A DNA stretch of 64,000 nt. It comes from Geosiphon pyriformis uo1. Taxonomy: Eukaryota > Fungi > Glomeromycota. Within the stretch, counting starts at the first letter, position 1. Each line of letters opens with the position of its first letter. Below the pieces are notes generated by a model. The model was given only the letters and a program-made list of their open reading frames with translations, searched no databases and was not told the origin of the DNA. Positions 41,539 through 54,695 of this stretch are shown here, piece after piece. A program made the translations under genes and the position numbers. The stretch spans positions 126,977 to 190,976 of the forward strand of contig JAAOMT010000047.1 in assembly GCA_016748015.1 (NCBI GenBank), in the 5' to 3' direction.

Positions 41539-42787
41539 AGGGTTTCATAATTATCATCACCATCGTACTTGGGACGATGATAACACTGCGGTTGCGGCTT
41601 GTAATTTAATTTTCCGGAAATTGTTTGTGAACGTTTTTCGGAATGTTCTCTGTCTTTTGTTGATATGATCAGCTAGTGAGCCTCTTTTTTTGCCATCATC
41701 ATCGAACAGTCGATATTTTTTTGTCAGGTCAGTGGAAAAGTGCGACGAATTTCACTCGTGGGAAAGTTTGGACCATTTGAAAGGAATTTTACGAAATTTT
41801 AAAAACATTCGATATCCTAAAAAACTCGAAAAGAGAAAACCATGTTTTTGGAGTCATGTAAATCTATGCGGTAGATCTACCATCAAATAAAGCTAAGCTA
41901 CCTTTTTGAACCCAAGAAAATGCACGGTAAACGATGTCAAAGCACTTGCTGTTTTCAATTACTTTTGAGATAAGGCTGCATAGATCTGAGATCTAGGAAT
42001 GCGAGGAGCCCCCGTGCTTCAAAAAAGATTGGCCCGAGATAAGTAACACCAGTTAGTCCTGGAAAAACCTTATTTTTCAGGGACTTATTTGGGTCTGGAA
42101 AATCGATATCTAATTATATTCTTTGTAAAGGACTTTTTTCAGGTAAATATTGACCCTAGTACGCAAAAAACAGTTTCAAATTCTTTATCCATTAGGATGA
42201 AGGGTATGCCTGATACGCCTCCTAAAAATAGAATAATGGCGAATGGAAAAACTTTTTACTGGCATCATCATCAAAAATGGTTACCATTGAATGGAACCTC
42301 TTTATCTCTTAATTAAATGGAATTATGTTATTCCTGCCATTTTAGCCATACAAAATAAGAAAAAAATCTTAGGCAAATGAATTAAGAATCTTTTCGGAAC
42401 TTGGGAATTTAACGTCACTATGAAATTAAATTTATTTTTAGCTTAGGCCTTATCAAATCACCTCAATGAATCAGTAATAACTATGGATACTTAATTGGCA
42501 ATATTTCGGTATTATATTTTAGCCAGCTTACAAACGAATAATAACAATATTTGAAGATTTAAAATGTGGCTTTCTATTTATGTTTTTGTATGAAATAAGG
42601 ACATTTTGCAATTCGTATGTAATGTTTTAGTATAGCTATGAAAAAATTAGCTTGTCCCAAACAAATATATTCTAGAACTAGAATGAGATGAATTTCAACT
42701 TCAAATGAGACACATACATTTCCTTTGTGTTTTGTAAAGTCTAATTTCAAGAATGAGCCTATATGTTAATGAAAAATATTTAACTTT

Positions 42788-42803
42788 TTATTATTATTAT
42801 TAC

Positions 42804-42849
<46 letters not shown>
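42788..42849. repeat. (TTA)n microsatellite
   Basis: About 20 TTA/TAT units with one interruption. Confidence 0.95.
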
Positions 42850-42852
<3 letters not shown>

Positions 42853-44413
42853 CAGATATTGAAATATCTTTCCAACTTGCTAATTTTTGGAAACTAAGAA
42901 GCAGCCTCAATTTCTTTAGAAAGGAAATACTTGATCATTATTATTGGAAGTCAACTTGGAAGTTTGAATTGTTAAGATCCAATCATCCATTTCAAATTGG
43001 AAAATGTGAAAAAAAGAGTTTATTGATATATGATATTTTTGATATCAAATATTTCTAAAAAAAATCTTTTTCAACCATTTCCATTTTAAAAAACGCCTCA
43101 TTGGTAAATAATAACGATATGAATGAAAATTTTATAAATAAGCTGTCACTGGTTTCTAAGATCTTTGTTTTTCCAGTAGGCCTAATATAAATGATTATCG
43201 AAGATTAATATAATTCATTATCTTTAATTTAGTCTTGCAAAAAATTTTATGGAAAATATGACATTTTTTAATTTTAATTATATAAAAGGGTTTTTGCTCG
43301 AAGCATTTAACTTAGTATAGAGCAATTGAGAAATTTAATGAAGAATTCAAGATAAAATTTATCCGATAAAGTTAATTAAATCATAGTTTAAAAATTTTCG
43401 ATTGTTCTTTGGATGATCGAAAAAAGGGATTTTTGTTCCAATTTGTATATGAAAAGTTTTCTGCTTGATTTTCAAAAGCCAAAATTTCATTAAATAAAAT
43501 TAATTAAAATTGAATTAAAGCTCCTAGAAAAAACCCCCCTAATATTCAATTAAAAAATATTAGATTTTGTGTTCTTGTAATTATTTTCTATTCTGTTTTA
43601 AACGATTTTTACCGAGAGAAAAAGGATCATGATTTATTACAGACCATTAGCAGAACAATAAACCTTTTTCTGGATAAGCCAAACTCTTTGCATTCTCCAT
43701 ATTACTTCTTTAACTGCTTTCGACAAAAAATTAATGTCCACGATCCTAATAGGATGATCCAAAAAAAGTTGAAACTCTAGGTCATTTTCATGTTCTTTGA
43801 TCAATTTTTTATTTTCCAAACGAAGTATATTATCGTGTTTTTTTATTCCAATTTGTTAGTTTATCAGGTTACAAAAAAATAATCCTGTACAACTACATTA
43901 GATTCTAATTGTTCTACCCGGAAACTTTGATGTTTCGATTAATTTGGAATTAAAAATGGAATTCCCAAGTGGTTTAATTATCAATATAATTTTTTCTTTC
44001 TTAAATCTTTTGACCAAGAAATTCATTTTGAACAAATGCGGCTGTTTTTTTATTATTTGCAATTTTTTTTGGTTTAATTGTAAACCGTGCTAAAATTTCC
44101 AGCAAATATTTAAAAAGTTTTCATACTTTCATAAGGCTTAGAAAGCAATAAATCTTTGAAACTATTTCATATGATAATTAAACACCCATAAAATTTGATT
44201 TTGATTTTTCTCGAAATTCACAATTCAAAAATTTATTAAATAAAAGTTTTTTTCGGTGATTTTCTTATTTTAGCCAAAAAATAAATACAATAAGAGAAAA
44301 CGTTATATATGTCCTAGCAAGTTGTCGTTACTCAAAATATTTTGTTTCAGTATCATCAACTTAGAAACAAATTCAGATGTCAAGGTTACCCTTGAGTGAT
44401 GGGGGTGATGAGT

Positions 44414-45155
44414 TTAGTGAAGGGGTTTATAACTAATATGAAGACGAATTTCACCGTTGCTCTTAAAGCCGAGAAGTGCTGGCAATTTATACCAACCGCC
44501 CACGGAACGTTTTTGGTAAACCTCTTTAAGGTCAACTTTAGTTTCGCCAATCTATTGACATTAATTTTATTAAATAATAAAAACCCTTTAGCCTTCAAAA
44601 TTATGATACATTACTGATTTAGAAATTGATTATTAATTTTACCTTATCATCGTCACCAACATCACTATCAAGAACTTTAAGATAAAGATAAGGATCATTA
44701 TCGACATTGCTTTATTGAAAAAGGAATTCAAAGACCAAAATTAATTTTCCGATTACTATTCAAAAGTCATTAGGCATCCAAGACTTACAAGGTAAATTTT
44801 TCGTCCCATTTTGGAGTAATAGTATTGGTCTTTGTACTTGTCTTTTGTTTGTATCCTTTTTCAATCCAAAGTTCAACGTAAGGGTCACTCTTGCCTATTG
44901 ATGAGGGGGATGAGGATAATGACTCCATGCTCAGAAATTCAGACTTAGATAGGAATTAATTCAAGGATAATTACCAGCAACGTCCTCGTCTTTTAAGTTT
45001 CTGGCTTCCTCTAAACGAAAATTCAAAAAAGAGAGAGGAATTAATTTCGAAAGTCTACTTCAACAATAATCGAAACCTTTAGTATCCATCATCATCATCA
45101 TATTCAGCATCAATCAAAACATACCGACATGAACGGTAATTTCGCCTTTAGTCAT
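44414..45155 (-). CDS. Small single-C2-domain protein, copy B (~125 aa)
   Basis: Exons 45155-45125, 45010-44975, 44894-44789, 44709-44643, 44551-44414: MTKGEITVHVEEARNLKDEDVAGKSDPYVELWIEKGYKQKTSTKTNTITPKWDEKFTFNVDNDPYLYLKVLDSDVGDDDKIGETKVDL...GEIRLHISY. Confidence 0.92.
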
Positions 45156-46201
45156 TTTTTAATTATTAGTGGGTTTTATTAAAAGTTTTCAAGAATTCTT
45201 AAGGGAATTGTTGAATTATTCTCTCTCAAACAATTTCTTTTATAACTTTTCAACCCTCAAAATTTAGATTATCCCCTAAGCCAAACTATGAGAACAAACG
45301 CGGGATATCATAAAAGATATGATGATTATAACGCAATTATCCTATAAAATGATACATGGTCAACACGTTGCATTTTTGAAGAACCTGACGTAATAATGAA
45401 TTTACTGGATAAACTGATCGACGGATCTTGCCATATCAAAAAATCAAGATACCAAGGCGAAATTAGTTGAGGTTAAATGGCGTAATTACTTGTGAATTAC
45501 GTCAATTTTAGCTGCTAAACGACCTGGGATTTATTATCTTCAAAACCCATAATATGACGAGAAATAAGTTGATATTTACTATTGATGCAAATATTTAGTT
45601 AATAGATTTCCTCGAAGATACGATTCAAAGATAAAGTGATGAACAAATAAGCTTTTTTTCATTGCTTGTACTGATGTCATTTAAATTTTTATTTTTATTA
45701 GCCGATTGAGACAGTCATTTATAAAAATGTTCCCACTTATTTCTGTTAAAATTCTTCCCACTGTAAACTTCAAAACGTATTAAAATTATGAGTGATCAGA
45801 AATTAATTTTTTCAAGGTTATTATAACCGGATTGTTTCAAGAGAGCGAAAAGTTCTTATAGAATACTTTTTTTAAATATAAAATTATAATTCTAGAAAAT
45901 TTATCGCATTATTCATATTACAAATTGGGAGAACCCCGATTTTTTGACCAAATAAAATTTTTTAATGTCACTTTATTTATTTATTTCGTTTAAAATTATT
46001 AAATTCAATCAAACGAGTAGACATAAATTAAAATAGTAATTTTATAAAAAAATAATTTCAACAAATAAATTTATAAGATAGAAAATAATCTATTAAACTG
46101 GGCTATTTAGTTTTTTATGATATTGATAAAAAATTAATAACCATAAAAAAATATTTTTTAAATTGATTAAATTAATTTAGTTGATTGTTAATCAATCAAA
46201 A

Positions 46202-47535
46202 AGGTTGTTCACAGAACAGGAAAAAAAAAGTTATATTCGAGTATCTCCTCATTTAAGAATTGTATGTGGCCAAGAGTAAGACTTCACTAACTATAAATTA
46301 AATTAAATTAAATCTTTTCATCTCACACAACATTATTGACCAATTACTTTTGTTTCAATTCCTCGGATTTCACAAGAAAAACACTCTTGAATATATAAAT
46401 TGCGAAAGGATATACGGTCCGCGAAATTGCAGATGTCCCTGACTTCGGTTCTAAACGTCTGCAAAAATAAAAAAGAAACCTAGAGCTTCAATGACAAACC
46501 AAAACCTGGTCTCTTTCGGATCATTACGGACGGAATGTCGTCCGACTGATAACATCCAGAAAATGCTCCACCCACACTGACCTGGGAGTCCATTTCTCAT
46601 TGAAAAGCGTGCGCCGTATACTCCGGCGGCGTGGATTATGTAAAATTATGGGCAAAAAACGGGCTCACACCTTTACAAAAAAAATCCCGACTCGCTTGAG
46701 CAATTTTACAGTTGATAACTCCACGACGAGTAGTCTAATCTGACGAAAGCAAGTAACAGTTATTCGTGTCAGATGGACGAAAGTAATCTTGTAAAATACC
46801 CGGTGAGTCATTAAAAGATCGCCATATTACACAAAACTATCGTTGCTCAATTATCCTTTGGGGGGTTGAATGACTACCCAATGGAGTTGGTGAGCTCCGA
46901 AAAATCGAATGCAAAAGACTACGTCGATAAATTGAATAAAATCTATTTAGGTTCGCTTTTGGAGACAATGCTGGATAAGAACGAAATTCTATTCCAGCAA
47001 GACAATGATCCGAACACCCTTCCAGAAAAGCGAAAACTTGATTTCGCGAAAATGAGATTACATTACTCGATTGGCCATCTCAATCTCTTGACTTAAATCC
47101 AATTGAACATTTATGGAATGAAATTATATATGCGCATGCGAAGGCTCCCCTTGCTCCACTTTCCAATAGAAATGTGCTGTGGGAAAAGTTGCAATCAATT
47201 TTTGAAAGTTTAATCGATTCAATTCCAAAAATTTTAAAGATGTGATAGAAGCGAGATGTGGAAATACAGATTTTTAGCAATATGCAATGTGTTTTTTTTA
47301 GCAGCTTCTAACGTTTACTTAAGTTATAAATATTTTTTCCAATCGGTCACAATAGACTGAACCCGTCAAAAATTTTATTTTACTTTTTAAATAATAGAGA
47401 AAGATGATAACTACATTAAATAATATTTGTCATTTTAACGAATTTATTTTATTTATCTTTGCCGTGTACAATTCTTCAATGGCGAGATATTCGAATCTCA
47501 CCTTTATTTTCGTGTTTAGTTTCTGTAAGCAACTG
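46202..47535 (+). mobile_element. Near full-length degenerate Tc1/mariner transposon with imperfect terminal inverted repeats
   Basis: Relic motifs VRRILRRRG, SDESK, FQQDNDP, LLDWPSQSLDLNPIEHLWNE. Left end attcgagtatctcctcatttaagaattgta (~46235) is an imperfect inverted copy of right end tacaattcttcaatggcgagatattcgaat (~47467). Confidence 0.85.
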
Positions 47536-47929
47536 TTTACTGATATTTTGTGCGATTTTTATACAAAGTATTAATCGAAGTTTAGTTAATTAGTTTAAGA
47601 TTGACCCTCTGAATGATAAGTTTTATTGAAAATCAATTATTATGTATAATAATGACCAATTTGCGCGCAAAGATCTAGTTTTTTACGGGCTCTCTCGACA
47701 TATCTGGGTTTTTTACTGATCGCGTAACAATCAACAAAATTTGGGTTATTTTGTGCGTTTCTTAACTGATAACGAAAGAGATTTAGTTATTGATAATTAC
47801 TACAATAATTATTAAAGATTAAATAATATGTCACATCAGCTTAAATATTAACTAGTTATAAAAATTTTCAAAAAATGTAGCAAGTCAAAGCTATTATATT
47901 TCTGGAATGAGGGCGAACCTTCCATCTCT

Positions 47930-48420
47930 AATTTAAGTACACTTTGAACTTTACGCTACAATTTCAAAAAAGTTGAGCACGAAGGTGCTAATAGTTATAA
48001 TATTCCTCTGTCTACAAAAAATTGCTACTAACCTAGATACAGAGAGGGAAAAAATCGGTTTATTTTGTTTTCGGCATATCATGAATGACTAGTTTTACAA
48101 TGAAATTTTACAACATGTTGGTGGAATACTTGAAAAGGAATGGCGCTTTCAAAAAGACAACAATACCAAGCATACAAATCAAGTAGCTAAAGGCGTTTTT
48201 TGCAGAAAATGTGCCTGAAGTCCGGCTCTAACATCTGTGGGCAATCGTTAAACGTGAAGTAGAAAAACGAATGCTGAAAATATTGATGATTTGGAACGAT
48301 ATATGGTTGGTTGAAGAATGAAATTCTTTGCCAAAACCACGTTAATCAATTTAGTAAATTTCATATCGCGCCGTTGCAAGTTGATTATCGAGAATAAAGG
48401 CAAAACAATCGCATATTAGA
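47930..48420 (+). mobile_element. Tc1/IS630 transposase 3' relic
   Basis: GKIGLFCFRHIMND*FYNEIL...EWRFQKDNNTKHTNQVAK...ENVPEV..HLWAIVKREVEKRM...RRCKLIIENKGKTIAY*. Confidence 0.8.
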
Positions 48421-48742
48421 TTTCTAAAAAATTCATTTTTTTTGTCACACTGTATGATAAGATATAGCTAAATTGGGAAAAACATGGAATAGGATTTTAG
48501 CAAAAAAACAAATGTGAATATTCCGAATCTTTAGATCTGATGATCGAAACAAGATTATCATCTCGAATTATAGTATTGCATTCTCATACTGTCATTTATC
48601 GTAAAATTTTAATCTTCAAAAGTGATAGCCACTTCTATTAAATAACCAGGGAAATGGATGTCTTCAGGGTACATTTTAATATTTGAATAATTAAAGGTTG
48701 TTAAAGATCGTTTTCTTAACTTATACTAAAGGTTCTTTTAAA

Positions 48743-49486
48743 TTAATGCTTAGAGAACTCCAAAACCACATGAATTTCACCGTGGCTTGTCAGACCGAAA
48801 AGAGCAGGCAACTTGATCCATTGATCGACATATCCCTTTTTATAGACCTCTTCGAGGTCAATTTTGGTTTCACCAATCTATGTTAAGATATTTTATGTTA
48901 GTTTTAGAAACATAAAGGTCTCCGAATGGAAATAATCGAGAGAATATAAAGAGCAAATTCTTACCTTGTCATCATCACCAATATCTTCGTCGAGAACTTT
49001 GAGATGAAGGGAGTGTTTACGGTCATCTGTAATGTTGCTGCGATTCACAGAATTGAAAAGAAATTAAGTCATGGTTATGAACAATAAATTAGACGAAGAA
49101 TACCTACAATTTGAAATCCTCGTTCCATGTGGGGGTGAGAGTACCCTTTTTTGTGGTAGTCTTTTGCTTATATTTTTTATCATCGAGCCATAGTTCTACA
49201 TATGGGTCACTCTTACCTAATTACGATGAGCGAGAAATGATATTTATAGTGAACATTTTACAATTTGCCTTTAACAAACGATGAATGTAATTAATCTTTA
49301 TTGAATAAATCTTACCCACGAGATCTTCATCTTTCAATTTTCTGGCAGCGACTAAATTGAAGGAATTCATATGAAGAATGCCCTTACATTTCTCACGAGT
49401 ATCATAAATACAAAAGAGATTATCATGGGAGGTATTTAAAGAGAAAAAGGCTTACCAATAATAACTTTAAGTTCACCTTTGACCAT
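48743..49486 (-). CDS. Small single-C2-domain protein, copy C (~127 aa)
   Basis: Exons 49486-49456, 49351-49316, 49216-49108, 49037-48965, 48877-48743: MVKGELKVIIVAARKLKDEDLVGKSDPYVELWLDDKKYKQKTTTKKGTLTPTWNEDFKFNITDDRKHSLHLKVLDEDIGDDDKIGETKIDL...GEIHVVLEF. Confidence 0.92.
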
Positions 49487-51482
49487 TTTGACAGGATTTT
49501 GGCAGTGAAGGAAAAACTGTTAGAATCAAGACTTAGGTCCAGAGTTCAAGCAGCTTCTTATAAGCTTCTTAGTTACTGTGAGAATGATTATCGCACGATT
49601 GTTTCATTCATTTGATTCTGCAAAGAATTTCCCAACATCTGAAGATAAACAGCGTGTGCCGCAAAGGAATCATCCCCAAGTATCGGGGGCGTACAGTTGG
49701 AAAAAAATCCCACAAGCTAAGAGAGATTCCCACATGATGAAACAACTCTTTCCCATAATAATAATGTAAATAAGGAAACAAAAAAAACTGGTTTTGGCGT
49801 ACCAATAACCTTTAGGCTAAATTAAACTGTATGGCTATCAATGACGTATACAATTGCTCGACTATTAACCAAATATTGACAATTGGAACAAAATCAGACA
49901 ATCTGAAAATCTTGATTTCTTTTCGATCTTTGCGTCAGCTCCATACATATTTGTGTTGGTTTCATCTGGTGAAACCAAAAGAGGATACCAGTTGAAGATC
50001 CTCTAATTATCTTAACGCAAGTGATTGCGCAATTTCCCAGCTATTTGACCTGATAACTTATTCGTTATCAAAGACTCGGCAAATTAACATAAAAATTCGC
50101 TTTGATTTTCCCAATTATACACACCCTTAGTCTTTGGGCCATAACAACTTTTCTTATGAGTTGAGGTTTGTTTGATTTCCAAATAAATCACAGTTTGAAA
50201 CTTGCATACGATCGAATTTTACTTTTTTTTTGAGACCCTGAACTTTGAATTGGATTATTATGCTTGAAAAAAAATAGAAAATCTCAAAATGTGTTATTGA
50301 TAATTGAATCAATTTTCCCGTGCATATTATAAAAAATTTATTTTGTCTGTACAGTTAAATTCAAAATATAGCCTTTCGGAATATTGAGAATTTAATAATG
50401 ACAAGTATCTCATTAACATCAAAAATTTGGTGGTTTATTCTGATAAAATAATTAAGTATAGTAGAGTAAATCTTTTTTCCCAAATTTGGATCAATATTTA
50501 TAACGGCACCTATTTTGAAGATAATTAGCTCTTGTTAAAAGTAATGATTTAACAATTTCTCTATATAAGATCTTACCAATCTTCAAAGAAGAGAGATTGA
50601 ATCAAATTAACAAAACTTGCATTGACATTTCGGTTTTTACTCAAGAAAAATTAATTGATTAATTAATTGAGCGAGCTCTATAATACGCGAAAGCCATGGA
50701 AATCTTCCCTTATTTATCGTCTTTAAACTCAATCTGATGGATGACCAGATTCCCCGGTCTCCCATATCTGAATAATATATTTAAGGCTTTAAAGGACAGA
50801 CTCGGGATCCGCTTAAATTTAAAGCGAGGTTAGGAGACTAATTCTTAGGCTGATGGCTATTGATTTATTAGAAAGGTATATGGCCATTCACATCCACAAC
50901 AATTAATTTATCATTAATTTCAGAGCTGTGTTGAATCACGACAGAAACATGAACCCGATTATTATAAGCCCACATACTAGAGGGCTAAAAAAATATCAAT
51001 CAAATTCAAAAATAAATGTATTAGAAGGAAAAAGTGATACAAATTAGAAGATTATTTTCAAAATATTGGCTCTAGATAAATTAAATTTAGCGGCTCAACT
51101 AAATTTTATCTATCCAAACAAATGTCCTTTAGCTTAAAAATTTTACTTTTCAAATATCTGAAATTTATAATTATATCTACTCGGTTTCTAAGGATATAAA
51201 AATTCAAAAGTATTTATCAAAGTAATTATCATATGGCATCATTTCAGGATAAATTCTAAAATATTATCCACCTTTAACCAATGTTTATGCGATGATAAAA
51301 AACGATAGAGGCTAATTTTAATGAATAATAAAAATCTATAAAATCTTCGTTATCTTTTGTTAGACTTTTTTTATTCAGACAATTAAAAGCAATACATCAA
51401 AAAATTCGGTTCCATATTTCATCTTTGGGCTTCTTCTCGTCTTCAATCCATCTATTTCCAGATATCTTCAATAATTAAAAAG

Positions 51483-52784
51483 ATGCCGAGCACTCACAAA
51501 TTCTACGAAACCTTTCCTTTAATTTTAATTCCTCTCTTATTAATTGCGAATCTTCAAATCATCGATGCCACCGAAATCTTGAAAGAAAAGGGAGAAAAAA
51601 GAGATAATTGGGGCACACCATTTCAAGTTTTCAACTCTGGCGTCAATTCGATGATCTGCCCTACTTCTTATTATCAGATTCACGGTGATTGTAATGGTTG
51701 GCATCCTCCATGTCCTGCTTGTGGTAGAATTCCCATGGTATTTGGAGTCCCAGTTCAAACGCCAACACAACCACAGCCAGAACCCAAGGAACCAGAGCCC
51801 AAGAAGCTAGAACCCAAAGAACTAGAGCCCAAAGAACCAGAGCCCAAGGAGCCCAAAAAACCGGAAATCAAAAAACCGGAGCCCAAAAAACCAGAGCCCA
51901 AGGAACCGGAGCCGAAAAAACCGGAACCCAAAGAACCGGAGTCCAAGGAACCTGAGCCCAAAGAACCAGAACCTCACTCATGTCCAACTTCATGCCTTGG
52001 AGCTGAATGCTCTAACACATGCCCAAGTAGCAGAATTTCTTTAGATAACAAGGTATTTGTATATGTCAAACCTAAAGAAGAGATAATATTGAAGCAACCA
52101 GAACAAATTCCACCGTTATCGCGACCACAACCAAGGCCCAAACCAGGGCCCATGCCTATTGAAGAAACACCAAAACTGCCATCCCCCACACCGATCGAGG
52201 AAGCACCGCAACCACAACCGACCCCTACACCAATCGAGGAGACACCACAACCGAGCCCCACGCCCATCGAAGAAACTCCAAAACCACCATGTCCCACACC
52301 GACTGAGGAAACACCAATCGAAGAGACACCACAACCGCCCACGCCCATCGAAGAAACTCCAAAACCACTATGCCCCGCACCGACTGAGGAACCAACGCAG
52401 CTACAACCGAGCCCTACACCAATCGAAAAGATACCAGAATCACCATTTATCCCACCAGTTGAAGAATTACCACGACAACCTGCAGAAGCTATACCACCCT
52501 TTCCAGTCCCTCAGCAACCTAAACCTCTCATAAAAAATTTATGGGAAAGACCAGATGAAGGCTGCTTTGTAAAAATCCCAAACTATCTACCTATCGAAGA
52601 GAAAGAAAAGCAAAAGAAAAAAAAGGAATATGAAGAGAAAGAAATTATCGAAGAACAGCCTGTCATTTTTAAACCACCAACGCAAACACCAATTGAGATT
52701 GAGGAAGCTCAGCGTAAACAACCACCCACGGCTCTTCAACAGCCTCAGGAAGAGAAACCTTATGAGAAAACTACAGTCGAATAA
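51483..52784 (+). CDS. Secreted proline-rich repeat protein (433 aa), probable cell-wall/surface protein
   Basis: Single ORF with a hydrophobic signal peptide, KR site, Cys-rich segments, PEPK(E/K) pentapeptide repeats and PTPIEETP(Q/K)P repeats. Confidence 0.82.
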   Translation: MPSTHKFYETFPLILIPLLLIANLQIIDATEILKEKGEKRDNWGTPFQVFNSGVNSMICPTSYYQIHGDCNGWHPPCPACGRIPMVFGVPVQTPTQPQPEPKEPEPKKLEPKELEPKEPEPKEPKKPEIKKPEPKKPEPKEPEPKKPEPKEPESKEPEPKEPEPHSCPTSCLGAECSNTCPSSRISLDNKVFVYVKPKEEIILKQPEQIPPLSRPQPRPKPGPMPIEETPKLPSPTPIEEAPQPQPTPTPIEETPQPSPTPIEETPKPPCPTPTEETPIEETPQPPTPIEETPKPLCPAPTEEPTQLQPSPTPIEKIPESPFIPPVEELPRQPAEAIPPFPVPQQPKPLIKNLWERPDEGCFVKIPNYLPIEEKEKQKKKKEYEEKEIIEEQPVIFKPPTQTPIEIEEAQRKQPPTALQQPQEEKPYEKTTVE

Positions 52785-54530
52785 ACATTTAAACACCCAT
52801 ATAACCATGGTTTAGAATTACAAGTTAAGATGGGATAAAGATTATGCTGTATATTCTGCCTCTACCCAGATTTTGAAATATTTTTTAGATATTTTTTAAC
52901 TAAAGTAGTCGTATTTTGTAATAATAATTATGTGGTATTCGAATTTTTTTATTGTAAAACTTGGAAATTTTCAATATTTTGACAAATTGGCAATTTAAAA
53001 GTTTCTAAAAAAACTTTCAAGGGATAAATTTCTACTATAAAAAATAGTAACATATCAAAAAAATTAAGTTTGAAAATTGATATTTAATAGCGAATGAAAA
53101 TAACCTATTTAACACATTCCAACTATCAAGTTTAAGTATAGAGTTTTTCAAATTGTGATACCGTATGAATTTTAACCCAATCTTGAATATCTAAAGTTAA
53201 TTATTGATTTATGTATTAACCCAGAATTTTTATTATATTTAGCTTTTAAATAGCAACAATTAGCTAATAAAGTTATAAAATCTGTTGACCGCTGTTTTAT
53301 TGACTAATCTTTTTATTAGATTACTTTAATATTTGTTAATTAAAAGATAGAGTATTAATTTTATTAAGTTAATTTTTACATTTGAAAACTGTTTTTGATT
53401 TTAATCTTTCTATTATAGTATTTGAGTTTCTTAATTCAAACATTTAAATTTAATATATTTATATATTAAAATATTTATTATAAAACACTTTAAAAAATAT
53501 CAATCTAAATTAATTTAATGGTTAATAGTTTAAATAAAAATTTTTATCAAATAATTCTGTTTTAAAATAATTAATAAATAACTTAATATCTAAATTAAAT
53601 TAAAATATTTATCGATAGCTTTTTTTATATTTAAATTTTAAAAATTAATAATAAAAGCAAAAAATACCAATTACTTATTTGTTTTTATTTGAAAATACTT
53701 TTTTGTTTCTATGTAATTTTCTTGTTATTCAAAAAAAAAATTTTACTTTAATATAATAGTTTATTAATATATATTTGGGATTTGGTATTTTTTTTTTTAA
53801 AAAACAAAAAAATTCTTTATTTTATTGACCACTTTTTAAATAAAAACAACCATTTCTTAATTTTTAGAACTTAGAAAGGTATAAAAATATAAATAATGAA
53901 TACATAAATAACATAAAGACTGAATGGAATTTACTTTTAAAAATATTTGTATCATAAATCTAAAATATATTTATAAATAACTTTTATTAATTATATACTT
54001 GCTCATATGGCAAAAATACTCTAAAAAATTATGGTAAACTAAAAACAAGTTAAATCAGTGAAAAATATTTTTATCAACGACCATTATATGTATAATCGTA
54101 TTCTACCAATAATAAATCTGCTTTTAATTTTTAACTTCTTAGTAATTAAAAATCAGAATATTGTATATATATATAAATTTTCAGTTAAACTTTTTCATCT
54201 TTTTTCCTCTAATTTAGAAAAATATCTTGTGATAAAATGGTTGGGAAGATTTTTTCCGGATTTTTATTACAAAAGAAGAAATCAAAGATAAAATATTGGA
54301 CAATTAGAGCAGTAGTGAGTATAACCATGTTTCTGGCCTAAAAAAAAATTAGGACTTTTATGATTTTTTTAAAAGAGTGAATCTCTTTATACAGTAACAC
54401 CTCCATAAATGCACAATCTTTTAACTGTGCTTGGAAAGGGTGAATTTCAATAAAAAATTAATTTACAAAATTTCATATTTAATAAAAGTTTAGTAAAGGT
54501 GTAATAAAGTCCTAGAATAAGATCTTATCA

Positions 54531-54695
54531 TTGTCACCCAAAGTACCCTTAATAAAATCTTCACTAACTTCTTGGTGTCCAATGTTTATTTAATCTACTC
54601 GTGGATTAAGGGCCCCTATCAGTAGGAATAAGTTTAACCAGTTAAAGAAAAAAATTGTACTCAACATCATTCAATCAGGATAGCTTGGAGGTAAT
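54531..54695 (+). repeat. Dispersed ~170 bp repeat, copy 2
   Basis: Colinear match to 32144-32320. Confidence 0.85.

Noticed and set aside
42753-43058. 101 aa poly-Tyr ORF
   Set aside because: Translation of the (TTA)n microsatellite.
51540-52815. Gly/Ser-rich antisense and alternative-frame ORFs
   Set aside because: Shadows of the Pro-rich repeat gene.
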